Positions 1-8,780 of a stretch of DNA of 20,000 bases are shown here, one piece after another (the stretch's first letter is position 1; every line of letters begins with the position of its first letter). The notes beneath the pieces were generated by a model that was not told the DNA's origin, did no database searches, and saw only the letters and a list, made by a program, of their open reading frames with translations. Both the position numbers and the translations under genes were made by a program. The stretch is from an uncultured virus (IMG/VR IMGVR_UViG_3300043029_000019) (Duplodnaviria > Heunggongvirae > Uroviricota > Caudoviricetes), in IMG/VR virus record IMGVR_UViG_3300043029_000019. One strand, written 5' to 3'.

Positions 1-349
1 CCATATCACCAAATACGCGACTGGTTGCGGCGAAGAACTCAGGCGTATCGTAGGTGCCATTTTCAATACTCTGCTCCATGAGAACAAGATCCTGGTACAT
101 CTGCTTGGTTTCTTCTTCTTCCTCATACCGTTTCATCAGCATTTCATGCTGCTTTTGCTGCCAGGCAAACCGCTTTTCGGACCGTTCGTCCTGTTTTATC
201 TGACGATCTCGATTGAACTCTCGGTCCTCAGCCCGCTCTTTGTCGAGACGCTTTTGACGCTTTATATTCTCAGCGTTCGCGACCAAGCCCTGACCGACAG
301 ACAGCCCGCGCAATAAACTGTTGGAAAATGCCCCTGGATCGAAACCCAT
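1..349 (-). CDS. Putative internal virion/DNA ejection protein, 5' part (runs off the window)
   Basis: ATG at 349 after a GAGGGGGG RBS; open to the window edge: MGFDPGAFSNSLLRGLSVGQGLVANAENIKRQKRLDKERAEDREF..., with a charged coiled-coil. Lies after two ejection-like genes. Not in the ORF track. Confidence 0.6.
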   Translation of the reverse strand, partial: MGFDPGAFSNSLLRGLSVGQGLVANAENIKRQKRLDKERAEDREFNRDRQIKQDERSEKRFAWQQKQHEMLMKRYEEEEETKQMYQDLVLMEQSIENGTYDTPEFFAATSRVFGDM

Positions 350-363
350 AGTTACCCCCCTCT

Positions 364-903
364 TTAAATCATCATGGCGGCAAGTCCAAGACCGGCACCG
401 ATCATGGTTGCGTTCGATGAAGCGACCGATGCTGCATTCGCGGAATTGGCCGAATTGCGGTTTGCTTGCATCTGCGCTACCTGCCCCCATCCAGATTGGG
501 CGCTACCTGCCACCCCTTGGCCGAGGGCAAACAAGCCGTTCTGGACGGCATCACGCCTTGCGTCCGCGGCGATTCGCGTATCATTGGCGGTCTGTGTAAT
601 GTCCAGCGATTTGGTAATCGAACGCTCTTTATCCATGGCGGCCTTCTCTTCCGGAGACACGTTCACTCCGTAACGCTCAATTGATCTTGCGGTGCTTCCC
701 TCTGCCGCTTCATACGAATCGCTCACCGCGCTCTTTGCTGTGTCCACGTTATTCTGGACCATATCCGGATCGTTTATGTAAGAAACCAACGAATCGACCT
801 GAGGCGCGAACTTCTCCTTCCACAGGTCCCACTGTTCGCGTGAAATTTTGGCTTGGGCGTCAGAGGCCGTTGTGTCCTGTTTTACGCTGCCGCCCATACT
901 CAT
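364..903 (-). CDS. Putative internal virion/ejection protein (paralog of 900..1487)
   Basis: Likely start is ATG 903, overlapping the upstream TGA (ATGA), or ATG 897, rather than 999. Ala/Gly/Ser-rich helical protein with a hydrophobic C-terminus (IGAGLGLAAMMI), typical of podovirus ejection proteins. Confidence 0.6.
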   Translation of the reverse strand: MSMGGSVKQDTTASDAQAKISREQWDLWKEKFAPQVDSLVSYINDPDMVQNNVDTAKSAVSDSYEAAEGSTARSIERYGVNVSPEEKAAMDKERSITKSLDITQTANDTRIAADARRDAVQNGLFALGQGVAGSAQSGWGQVAQMQANRNSANSANAASVASSNATMIGAGLGLAAMMI

Positions 904-1487
904 ACCGCACCTGCCTTGTCGGAAGGATCGAACCAGCCTTTTTTCTGCCCGTAAGCGCCAATGCCCATGCCAGCAACCGTTCCGGCAGCATTGCCCCATG
1001 CCTGACTTGCCGCCTGTTCTGCCTGAACGTCTGCGATCTTGGATTGATTCTGCATGGTGCCGGCCATGGCTAGCCCCTGCTGAGCCCCAGAAGCAATTCC
1101 GCGACCTGAGGCGATTACGTCCTGCACACCAGTTACATATTCGGCTTCGTGAGCCTGCTGAGTCGTTGCTACCGAATTGCCCATCTGTGAAGCCTTGGAC
1201 ATGTCAAATTTACTCACTCCGGTTTTGAATTTGCCGCTGTTTGGATTTATCCCGGCCCGCAGACCAGCCCCAACAGCGTTGGACCGTTGCTCCTCAAAAG
1301 CGTCACTGACCGCCTCGGTTGCTTGGCGCGTTTCACCTGACAGACCACGCTTATTGTCCATGGTTTTCTGGATCAGTGGGTCGATCTCACCAGCGAATTT
1401 TTGTTTGTAAAAGTTCCATTCCTCAGTGGCGATCTTGGCAAGCTCCTTTTCGCCCCAAGAGGCTTTTACTTTTTTTGAACTGCCCAC
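900..1487 (-). CDS. Putative internal virion/ejection protein
   Basis: 195 aa, MGSSK start, Gly/Ala-rich C-terminus (WGNAAGTVAGMGIGAYG); downstream of the tail genes. Confidence 0.6.
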   Translation of the reverse strand: MGSSKKVKASWGEKELAKIATEEWNFYKQKFAGEIDPLIQKTMDNKRGLSGETRQATEAVSDAFEEQRSNAVGAGLRAGINPNSGKFKTGVSKFDMSKASQMGNSVATTQQAHEAEYVTGVQDVIASGRGIASGAQQGLAMAGTMQNQSKIADVQAEQAASQAWGNAAGTVAGMGIGAYGQKKGWFDPSDKAGAV

Positions 1488-1488
1488 G

Positions 1489-1881
1489 CTAAACCTCCAT
1501 CTGGTATACTTTGGTCACCAGCTTCCATCCGGTCTTTTTTGCCCGTCGCTCAAACCCAGGTCGAGGGGATGCTGTTTCCAGCCGTACAGCACCAATCTTG
1601 CGAGCGATTTCTTTGATTTCAGGCAAATAGTATTCTTGCGCACTTTTGCCTTTCGCATAGGTGATCCAAATGAATAACTCCAGCTCGCCTGCCGGATTTG
1701 TCTGATGCTGCAACACGCAAAAATCATCACCATGCATGAACAGAGCAGCACGACCTTCACGGCAGGCGTCGTAAACGTCCACCGGTCGCCAAGCAGTTCG
1801 GCATATACGATGAACATGCTCCAGGCCAGGTCGAATTCTGTCCCAGCATGTGCGTATGTCTGTCAGTTTGAGTTTTTCCAT
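1489..1881 (-). CDS. GNAT-fold/acetyltransferase-like virion-associated protein
   Basis: 130 aa; ELFIWITY...EIKEIARKIGAVRLETASPRPGFER...GW pattern resembles the degenerate GNAT proteins that precede ejection genes in podoviruses. Confidence 0.5.
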   Translation of the reverse strand: MEKLKLTDIRTCWDRIRPGLEHVHRICRTAWRPVDVYDACREGRAALFMHGDDFCVLQHQTNPAGELELFIWITYAKGKSAQEYYLPEIKEIARKIGAVRLETASPRPGFERRAKKTGWKLVTKVYQMEV

Positions 1882-1888
1882 AGCCTCG

Positions 1889-1974
1889 AAAACGCAAAAA
1901 GCCCGACCAAAACCGCAAAGGGTTAAGGATCGGGCTTCAAGGTCACCGAGGGAGTGGCGGGACCGTCAATCACC
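1889..1974 (-). terminator. Intrinsic-terminator-like hairpin with conserved upstream motif (copy B of a repeated cis-element)
   Basis: Minus strand: GGTGATTGACGGTC-N16-GACC-TTGA-AGCCCG...CGGGCT-TTTTGCGTTTT, ending about 7 nt before the ATG at 1881. Confidence 0.65.
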
Positions 1975-2007
1975 GTGGGCACTAAATTTTCAGATACTTT
2001 CCCATGT

Positions 2008-4296
2008 TTAAGCGGAAATGTCCAGTTTACATTCGAGCACAAAGGCAATCCGGCACCTGGCACTGGCGGTAAACTTGAGCTTCTTCCATCCGGCCCCGGA
2101 GAAACGGCTTGTCAGATCGATGTTAAGCTGATCGCCAGAATACCAGAGTGGTGTTCCATACCCTGCGCCATTATCGGTGTTGACCGTGATGCTTGGACTG
2201 TTGCTTTCTTCGTAGATGCCGAAATCTATGCCATGGGTATGATTGGGTATCGTAACATCGTGCGTATGAGCGCTTGGAGATTCAGAAGTAGGATTCACGT
2301 AATTCGTACCTGACGCTACCGCACTAACTAAAGAACTGCCATAAAGATAAACCTGCGCGTTGGTACCGCTATACGCGCCATCCAGCGAAAACACATGAGT
2401 ATGCCCGTTGACCTCTGTCGTGGTTACTTTTGCGCCAGAACACCTTAGGGTGTTTGAATCTGCATAGTAATTAACGTATGACTTGCCTACATAACTGTCT
2501 GTGTAATAGGCTCTTATTTCATGATTGTGTCCGTCAGATGTTTCAAGAGTAAAGTCATAATAGCCGCTCGTTGCCCCCCCTGATTTGTAAAGATACAGCT
2601 TGCCATCTTGGTTGCCATACATCAGCGTGTAGCCGGCTGAATAACTGTTGCCCACAATCTTCAATGTATGGTCGTGGGTTGGGACTGGTTCTTCGGTTGT
2701 ACTTTGCACAGATGAACCACCACTCAACGTGGTTGTTGAATAGGCACGATACGGCATAATTTTGAAAGACAATCGCACCGACTGAATCGCTGTCAGCTCT
2801 GATAACAGCAAAAACGGCACTTCAAAAGGATAGGAAGCATCGAGCGAATCCCACCCATTGAATATCAGCGAATTACGCAATTCATTGTATTTGCTTGCCG
2901 TGATGCTGTTGGCTGTGATCTTTCCACCGGAGATATTGGCAACCTTGGCATCGTCCACGGCCAAGTCCTTTATAGCGGCCCTACTTACCGTCAAATCTCC
3001 GATCAGGGCTTCGGAAATAATGACAGCCGGCGACCCGTCGACCGTTCCGACCATGAAGGGAATCGTCAGTGGTTCGCCTTCGCTTGCCGTCGGCTTGACG
3101 ATGGCGAATTTGTCGGCCAGCATGATGATCTCGGATTCAATCGGGCCGGATGCCCCGCCGGATACCGCCACTCCCATGCCGGCGATATGACCATTGGCGT
3201 TGACCTTGATGGTGTGTTCGGCCTCCAGGGTGCCGTCAGCGTTCGCCCGAGCCGTGGCCTCCGTCTGCACGGCGGTATGGGCTGCAGCTAGGCCTGTATC
3301 AGGATCCTCCACGGTTGCTTCGAGTAATGAAATGTCGCCAGCCATAGCACTGTCGGCATCGGCTCTTGCCGATTGTTCCGTGGTTATCGCGGCCTCGTTG
3401 TCTGAAATCCCCCCCTCTGCCGCCGTGACCCTGACCGCCAATGCTTCCCTCGCACTGGCTTCGGCCGAATCTGCGTTCGCCCTGGTCGTGGCCTCGTCCT
3501 GAACTGCGGAGTGCGCCGCGGCCAAACCGGTCGCCGGATCTTCAACCACAGATTGCAGCGTCGTTACGTCCTCGGCGATAGCGTTGTCGGCGCTCTGCCT
3601 GGTCGAGGCTTCGTTATTGACCGCCGCTTCACGATCCGTGACTTCCTGCGCCAGACTATCGATCAACCCCGTTCCCGGGGCGTCGATGTTGTCAATGCGG
3701 GTATTGAGTGTGGAGGCAAGGTGGCTTTCGGACAATTCCCCCTGCAGCAGCTCCAAAACATAGGTAGGTTCATCAGCCGTTGCCGCAGAGGTTCCTGCGG
3801 TGGCGTTGAACGGACCGATGATCGAGGCATCCCACCTGTTGATCGCCCGTACCCAATAGAAATAGGTCGTGGACATGGACGAATCCGGGGGGGTGTCGAC
3901 ATACTTCAAGGCACTGGTGGTGCCAATCTTGACCGCCGTGCCTTGGTCGTCCACCGTGTTACGGAATATCTCATAGTGCCCGATATAATCGCCAGGAGAG
4001 GCAACCCACTCCAGCATAATCTGGTTAAAGCCCCCCGTCGCCGTGAGACCTGTCGGTGCCGAGGGGATGGTGTAATCAGGAGCAAACAGATTCGCTTCAT
4101 TCATAGATTCCTGAATGGCCTGATTTAGCGTTTCCTCGTCCACCGTGGCCACCACTTCCGTGGTCAAACCTGACGAAATTGCCGCTGTCTCTTCCGCAAC
4201 CTGCTTCAGGTGCATGATCAGCGTCTGGATCGCCCGCTTTACTTCGGGATCGACCTTGGACGACAGACTTGGGGTGGTGATGTTGGATGCCGTCAT
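2008..4296 (-). CDS. Tail fibre/tail tip host-specificity protein
   Basis: 762 aa. N-terminal FN3-like domain (PSAPTGLTATGG...YFYWVRAIN...GPFN), coiled-coil repeats (EATARANAD), a DUF1983/gpJ-C-like segment (HTIKVNANGHIAGMGV...ADKFAI...PFMV), and a C-terminal region with five HxH motifs. Confidence 0.8.
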   Translation of the reverse strand: MTASNITTPSLSSKVDPEVKRAIQTLIMHLKQVAEETAAISSGLTTEVVATVDEETLNQAIQESMNEANLFAPDYTIPSAPTGLTATGGFNQIMLEWVASPGDYIGHYEIFRNTVDDQGTAVKIGTTSALKYVDTPPDSSMSTTYFYWVRAINRWDASIIGPFNATAGTSAATADEPTYVLELLQGELSESHLASTLNTRIDNIDAPGTGLIDSLAQEVTDREAAVNNEASTRQSADNAIAEDVTTLQSVVEDPATGLAAAHSAVQDEATTRANADSAEASAREALAVRVTAAEGGISDNEAAITTEQSARADADSAMAGDISLLEATVEDPDTGLAAAHTAVQTEATARANADGTLEAEHTIKVNANGHIAGMGVAVSGGASGPIESEIIMLADKFAIVKPTASEGEPLTIPFMVGTVDGSPAVIISEALIGDLTVSRAAIKDLAVDDAKVANISGGKITANSITASKYNELRNSLIFNGWDSLDASYPFEVPFLLLSELTAIQSVRLSFKIMPYRAYSTTTLSGGSSVQSTTEEPVPTHDHTLKIVGNSYSAGYTLMYGNQDGKLYLYKSGGATSGYYDFTLETSDGHNHEIRAYYTDSYVGKSYVNYYADSNTLRCSGAKVTTTEVNGHTHVFSLDGAYSGTNAQVYLYGSSLVSAVASGTNYVNPTSESPSAHTHDVTIPNHTHGIDFGIYEESNSPSITVNTDNGAGYGTPLWYSGDQLNIDLTSRFSGAGWKKLKFTASARCRIAFVLECKLDISA

Positions 4297-6191
4297 GCTT
4301 GCCTCAATTCGCGCATAGTCTCAGCCAAAAACACTTGGCGCACGGGAGCTGTCCCTGTGATTTCGATTTCAAAGAGTTCGCCACGGTATCCGGACGGGAG
4401 CCTAAAGGGGTTGCCGTTGGCCACTTCCTGCGTATGCTTGATGACGCCGTTAGAGAAAATAAGTTCGCCGTTTATGTCGTAGACGGATTCTTGCTCTCCT
4501 GCGTCGTTGATGGCGTAGAGTAGTTCGTCGTCTGCGCTGCTCCGAGAGTATATCTTCATAGTGACCGGGTACGCATCGGCCTTTACCTGGGCCGCACCTG
4601 GGTTGATCGGCAGAGGGGCTGGAAACGGACGACTCTTCCACACATAAGTCAGATTGCCGCTGCCGCCATCCCACTGTTTGATGTTGTCGCCCACCTGCAG
4701 GAACAGCTTGCCGGTCTTGGGATCCGAATAGGCCGCCGTGGCGTAGACATCGATTTCGACAAACGTCCCGTTGACCGGATCCAGAATAAACCCGCCCTGC
4801 TTGGTGCCAGTATTGTAAAAGCCGTAATACTTATTGTTGTGCCCTACCCCCAACAGCGATTCAGGCTTGTACGCCTGCCACTGGTCCCGGGTAAGGATTT
4901 CTGCGGTTGCCAGCTTGGCCACGCCTACCCCGATCAATACCGCGCCGTCGGTCGACGGGTAGACCGCCCCATAGCCAAGATCGGCCATGCCGCGCTTGGA
5001 CACGCATGGGTAATTCATTTCCATCTTTTCCGACAGCATGCCATTCGGGCTGGCACCGGTCAGCACATACGGCTGGGCTTTGGTCGCCACTAGCATAGAC
5101 GTCCCGAAGGCGCACAGGGCCACAGGGTCGTTAAACGCCTGCCGATAGCCAACCGGCCAGGCGTGATATTGATAGGGCTCACAGAAGCACACTTGATTGC
5201 CGGAAATACCCGCCATGCCTCCGTTGGGCAATTCGATCAAGCCATTCAGATCATCGGGCGGGGCCGCCCAGGTGGTGCTGGGTAACGATTCGCCAAGAGA
5301 GGCCGACTCCACATTGTCGACAAGTGTTGTGGTGCCGGCCACCACTTCCCCGACATACAGGTAATAACCGCCGTGGGTCCGGTAAATTCGCACCTTGACC
5401 ACGTTGTAATTGCCTTCCGGAGGCCCGGGAATGGCGCTCAGATCAATAACCTGGTCCGCGCCACAAGTGATAATGTCCGACGGATCCGACGGCGGGCCCT
5501 CTTCGCCGTAACCGGTCACATAGGTACAAACATAGGCGCGATCTTCCTTGTCGGCGTCGGCCCAAGCCCTCTGCCAGGTGCCGGCTGTAAAGGTGTCATA
5601 ATCGCTCGAATCGACGTTATCCAGGGTGAAGTTGTCGGTATCGATGACCGTTACCGGGCCTTCCCAACCGTCCAGATCAGTCATGCCGGTGACGTCCAAC
5701 AACACCCGCTGTCCGGTCGTGAGGCCGTGACCGGCACTTTCGACTTGGGCAGGGTTGTCCTTGGTGATCGCCGTAATGGTGCCGCCAGGCGTGACGGGGC
5801 TCAGTGTCGGGGCAACATCCGGAGCCGGCAAGCCGAGTTGCCAAGCGTTGGTGGGGTATTGGTCGCCGCCCGCCGTGGCGATACTGCTATCGGTGACCTT
5901 GGGCGTACCGTCGCCGGTAAAATAGGTGCGTTCCTGGGTATCTCCGGCAATCGCACCGCGTACCACGTCCACATCGGCCAGCCAATGAAACCAGAAAGCG
6001 TCAGCGAACAGATAGATGCTCTGCTTGGTCCCCGCCTTGGCCGGTACCGCCACCTGCAGCAAATCTCGAAATGCCTTGAGGTTGCCGCTTTCAAGGTTGC
6101 AATTCTGCGCGATTTGCGCCGCCTCCACGGGCAATAGGTCGGGGGAGAGCTTGGGAACGATCCCTTTGAACTGTTCGAGCTTGATCAGCAT
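4293..6191 (-). CDS. Tail tube/nozzle (head-stabilisation-type, beta-propeller) protein with an inserted E1-FCCH-like beta domain
   Basis: 632 aa. N-terminus FKGIVPKLSPDLLP..AAQIAQNC, YVCTYVTGYGEEGPPS, FCEPYQYHAWP, CVSKRG, WKSRPF and FRLPSGYR are typical of this podovirus tail protein. Follows the adaptor genes. Confidence 0.7.
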   Translation of the reverse strand: MLIKLEQFKGIVPKLSPDLLPVEAAQIAQNCNLESGNLKAFRDLLQVAVPAKAGTKQSIYLFADAFWFHWLADVDVVRGAIAGDTQERTYFTGDGTPKVTDSSIATAGGDQYPTNAWQLGLPAPDVAPTLSPVTPGGTITAITKDNPAQVESAGHGLTTGQRVLLDVTGMTDLDGWEGPVTVIDTDNFTLDNVDSSDYDTFTAGTWQRAWADADKEDRAYVCTYVTGYGEEGPPSDPSDIITCGADQVIDLSAIPGPPEGNYNVVKVRIYRTHGGYYLYVGEVVAGTTTLVDNVESASLGESLPSTTWAAPPDDLNGLIELPNGGMAGISGNQVCFCEPYQYHAWPVGYRQAFNDPVALCAFGTSMLVATKAQPYVLTGASPNGMLSEKMEMNYPCVSKRGMADLGYGAVYPSTDGAVLIGVGVAKLATAEILTRDQWQAYKPESLLGVGHNNKYYGFYNTGTKQGGFILDPVNGTFVEIDVYATAAYSDPKTGKLFLQVGDNIKQWDGGSGNLTYVWKSRPFPAPLPINPGAAQVKADAYPVTMKIYSRSSADDELLYAINDAGEQESVYDINGELIFSNGVIKHTQEVANGNPFRLPSGYRGELFEIEITGTAPVRQVFLAETMRELRQA

Positions 6192-6193
6192 GG

Positions 6194-6826
6194 TTACCCC
6201 TTGGTCTGTGTCGCCATACGGATCCCGAGCACCTGGGCCATGGCCTGATAGTGGGCTGCGGATTTTGAAGCACTGCCGGCCTCCGTCTCTTCGCCGTAAG
6301 CGCGGTACAGAACGTAATCCAGCAAAGCGTTGGCATATACATCACGTACCGTTATGACAGAGTCTACACTTGCCGGATCGGCGGGCAATACACCATAAAC
6401 AGATTCGATCTTGTGGGAGATATCAGGCTGCGGAGGGACCGTGAAAAAAGTAACGGGATCCTCTTTGTCGTAGCCGACGAAAAGCACCTCCCCGTCGCCC
6501 GTCATGGCGCTCCACTCAGGAAAAAGAGTTTGGAGAGTAGTCATGTCAAACATTTCGATGGAACGCCCTGGCGTGATCCCATCGGCGCCCATGTTACGCA
6601 CCGGACGCACAAGACCGGTCGCGCCGTCAGGCAAGGTCTGCTTACTACCGGCCACCAGTGTTACATTTCCCGTCACCGTGCAGGCATCAGGCTTGAGGGC
6701 CGCGATCTCTCGCTGCCCGTCTTTGAGGTAGTCGAACAGGGTTGTCTGAGTCCAGCGTACAGCGCCGGTATCCTGGAGTTGTTTACCCGCCTTGGTGAGA
6801 ATCGCACTGCAAAGAATATCCCCCAT
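6194..6826 (-). CDS. Head-tail adaptor protein (DUF6682-like)
   Basis: 210 aa; LQD...VRWT..L.DYL.DGQREIA..KPDA, GSKQTLP, NALLDYVLYRAY and HYQ motifs; GGAGG RBS. Confidence 0.65.
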   Translation of the reverse strand: MGDILCSAILTKAGKQLQDTGAVRWTQTTLFDYLKDGQREIAALKPDACTVTGNVTLVAGSKQTLPDGATGLVRPVRNMGADGITPGRSIEMFDMTTLQTLFPEWSAMTGDGEVLFVGYDKEDPVTFFTVPPQPDISHKIESVYGVLPADPASVDSVITVRDVYANALLDYVLYRAYGEETEAGSASKSAAHYQAMAQVLGIRMATQTKG

Positions 6827-6840
6827 GGATCAACCCTCCG

Positions 6841-7446
6841 TTAGAACCAGCAGCCCGACGTTCTACGCCGTCCCGCCTTGCGTTTGGGTAGAATAGAATC
6901 GACCTCGCCGGCCATGAACAGCATGAACGCCTGATCGACGGCAAAGGCGCTACCCGCCGCCGCACCACGAACAATGGCCTCCTTGAACACTTCATCGAAC
7001 ATGCCGTTGTACGGAAGGGTATCGGTGATGGCCGTGACCCTGGCCGGAGCCTGCCAGTATTCGCCGATCACCGTACAGGGCTCTGCGGGAACCGGATACA
7101 GCAACAGGTTAAGACCGCGCAGATCGTACCGCTCAGGCGTCCCCGTTTGCCCGTAATAGGCCGCCCGCCTCTGCGCCTGCAACGGTTCCAGGGGCTTTAC
7201 CATGGTCGTCAGTTGCGGTTTGTCGGCCAGGCCGCGGCAATCGGTCGGCAGGATCTTCGAGGCATCGGAGGCCGCGAATTCAAGGCTATAATCTTGCTTC
7301 ACAAGATCACTACCCTTGTTGACCAAATACCGAAACAGCACATCCATGCTGGCGTTGACCGCCTCGATGGCGCTCATGGCCGGTTTTGGGATCTGTTTCA
7401 GGCGTGGGGCCGTGGCCTTTACCAAGTCAAGCACTGTCGTTGCCAT
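6841..7446 (-). CDS. Putative head-tail connector/adaptor protein
   Basis: 201 aa; GTPERY...LLLYPVP adaptor-like motif; GAGG RBS; position before the tail genes. Confidence 0.55.
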   Translation of the reverse strand: MATTVLDLVKATAPRLKQIPKPAMSAIEAVNASMDVLFRYLVNKGSDLVKQDYSLEFAASDASKILPTDCRGLADKPQLTTMVKPLEPLQAQRRAAYYGQTGTPERYDLRGLNLLLYPVPAEPCTVIGEYWQAPARVTAITDTLPYNGMFDEVFKEAIVRGAAAGSAFAVDQAFMLFMAGEVDSILPKRKAGRRRTSGCWF

Positions 7447-7453
7447 GGTTACC

Positions 7454-7597
7454 TCATTGTCCGGGTAAAAGGATGGTGCAGAGACGCCAGCCGCAATAAC
7501 CGGCCGAAGCGATCAGTGAAGACAGCAGGGTTAAGGCAAAGATCCCGCTCACCAGCAAAGCGCCGGGGCGTGGGTGATTGCGCGTCCATGGGCTCAT
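7454..7597 (-). CDS. Small membrane protein (47 aa)
   Basis: Hand translation: MSPWTRNHPRPGALLVSGIFALTLLSSLIASAGYCGWRLCTILLPGQ; AAGGAG RBS; one hydrophobic helix; tiles the gap exactly. Not in the ORF track. Confidence 0.55.
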   Translation of the reverse strand: MSPWTRNHPRPGALLVSGIFALTLLSSLIASAGYCGWRLCTILLPGQ

Positions 7598-7599
7598 GG

Positions 7600-7767
7600 T
7601 CAAAGCTCCTTTCCGTCAATCGTCCACTCGCAACCGCATTCCGGGCAATACAGCACTTCGTCCGGTCCTTCCCCGCGAATGCGCAAATAGGCATTGCAGG
7701 GTTTAACCATCTTGAACGGGCCGTCACCCTGCGGGCGTTTTAAGGGGCAGCGGGTCAATTCATTCAT
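7600..7767 (-). CDS. Small Cys-rich (zinc-ribbon-like) protein (55 aa)
   Basis: Hand translation: MNELTRCPLKRPQGDGPFKMVKPCNAYLRIRGEGPDEVLYCPECGCEWTIDGKEL; start overlaps the stop of 7760..8041. Confidence 0.55.
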   Translation of the reverse strand: MNELTRCPLKRPQGDGPFKMVKPCNAYLRIRGEGPDEVLYCPECGCEWTIDGKEL

Positions 7768-8041
7768 CGGGAAACCGCTGTTCAGTACCGCACTGCCAGC
7801 ACAAAAGACTTCCAGACTTTCCGCTTATCGTGAACAACCAACATCCACAGTTGCATATCCAGGTCGGTTCTGGAACAACTCCGTTAACCAAAACGGACTT
7901 AAAGGTTCCGCATTCCGGGCATTCCATGTCTTTGAAGACGCCTACTGGAACAACGGCTTGGTAAGTATGGCCGCAGTTGATGCACTTCGCTTCGCCTGAC
8001 AGGTGCGGAGATCTTGATAGAATGTCGACTACCTCACCCAT
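7760..8041 (-). CDS. Double zinc-ribbon protein
   Basis: 93 aa with CINC, CPEC, CNCGC and CWQC motifs. Confidence 0.65.
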   Translation of the reverse strand: MGEVVDILSRSPHLSGEAKCINCGHTYQAVVPVGVFKDMECPECGTFKSVLVNGVVPEPTWICNCGCWLFTISGKSGSLLCWQCGTEQRFPDE

Positions 8042-8047
8042 GATTGT

Positions 8048-8464
8048 CTACAACACCTCGCAATTTGGCATGTCCCATTGCTTGGCCATGTGCTCGATAA
8101 TCGGAATAATCTCTTCATCGCCTTCGGCCTTAGCCCTAGCGATACACTCGGCCGCCGAGGTCGGAATAACATGATAGGAAACGGAACAGCCGATTTTCCC
8201 GGACTCGTCAATCCATTCCTGCCGTCGCTTTGCCGTGGTGTTTGTGGCGTCCACTATGATCTTGTCATGACCGGCAAGGAACAAAGACCGAACCATATAC
8301 TTGGCCGTGGTCCACACCATCGGTTCAGCATCGTGGATAAAACGCTGGCCATGAATGGCCAAACGGATACTGTCAGGATTGACAATCGGGATCTCCTGCT
8401 GTTTCGCCCATGTGGTTTTTCCGGATCGTGGAAGTCCCACGGTCAAGATCAGTTCTTTCGGCAT
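8048..8464 (-). CDS. P-loop kinase, AAA_33/polynucleotide-kinase-like
   Basis: Walker A GLPRSGKTT, NPDSIR, IIVDATN and ECIAR motifs of the stand-alone PNK kinase domain. Confidence 0.8.
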   Translation of the reverse strand: MPKELILTVGLPRSGKTTWAKQQEIPIVNPDSIRLAIHGQRFIHDAEPMVWTTAKYMVRSLFLAGHDKIIVDATNTTAKRRQEWIDESGKIGCSVSYHVIPTSAAECIARAKAEGDEEIIPIIEHMAKQWDMPNCEVL

Positions 8465-8780
8465 GTTCCCTCTCTCTCAACATCAGTTCCAAAACCGCCA
8501 GATTTCCCCAGGCCCGATGGGCCGCATGCAGCAACCCGCTTTCCTCGTCCGTCACCTTCCCTGCAGCGTCGGCCAGATCGTGCCGCAAGCGGGCATCGTC
8601 ATAACGCCCCTTGGCATCCTCGATGCTATCCCAGGTATCCCAGCCGTGGTTCGAGGCGCCGTGTTCATTGACGCGGGCAATCTCCTCGATGGCGCGAGGG
8701 AAATAACGCAACACCGAATGGATATACGGCTTGCCAGCGTCGTACTTGGCACCGGCCCCGCGGCGGTCATTCTTTGCCAT
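8373..8780 (-). CDS. dATP/dGTP diphosphohydrolase-domain (DUF5664-like) protein
   Basis: Likely start ATG 8780 (MAKNDRRGAGAKYDAGKP); GAKYDAGKP, RY.DA.LRH and DEESGLLH.AH.AW signature. Confidence 0.75.
   Translation of the reverse strand: MAKNDRRGAGAKYDAGKPYIHSVLRYFPRAIEEIARVNEHGASNHGWDTWDSIEDAKGRYDDARLRHDLADAAGKVTDEESGLLHAAHRAWGNLAVLELMLREREHAERTDLDRGTSTIRKNHMGETAGDPDCQS

Noticed and set aside
2008..2760. Diversity-generating retroelement target in the tail fibre
   Set aside because: No template/variable repeat pair, reverse transcriptase or C-type lectin-like C-terminus is visible in the window.
7449..7727. 92-aa ORF from the track
   Set aside because: The region is better explained by two coupled ORFs (7600..7767 and 7454..7597) in other frames, the second with a clear AAGGAG RBS.
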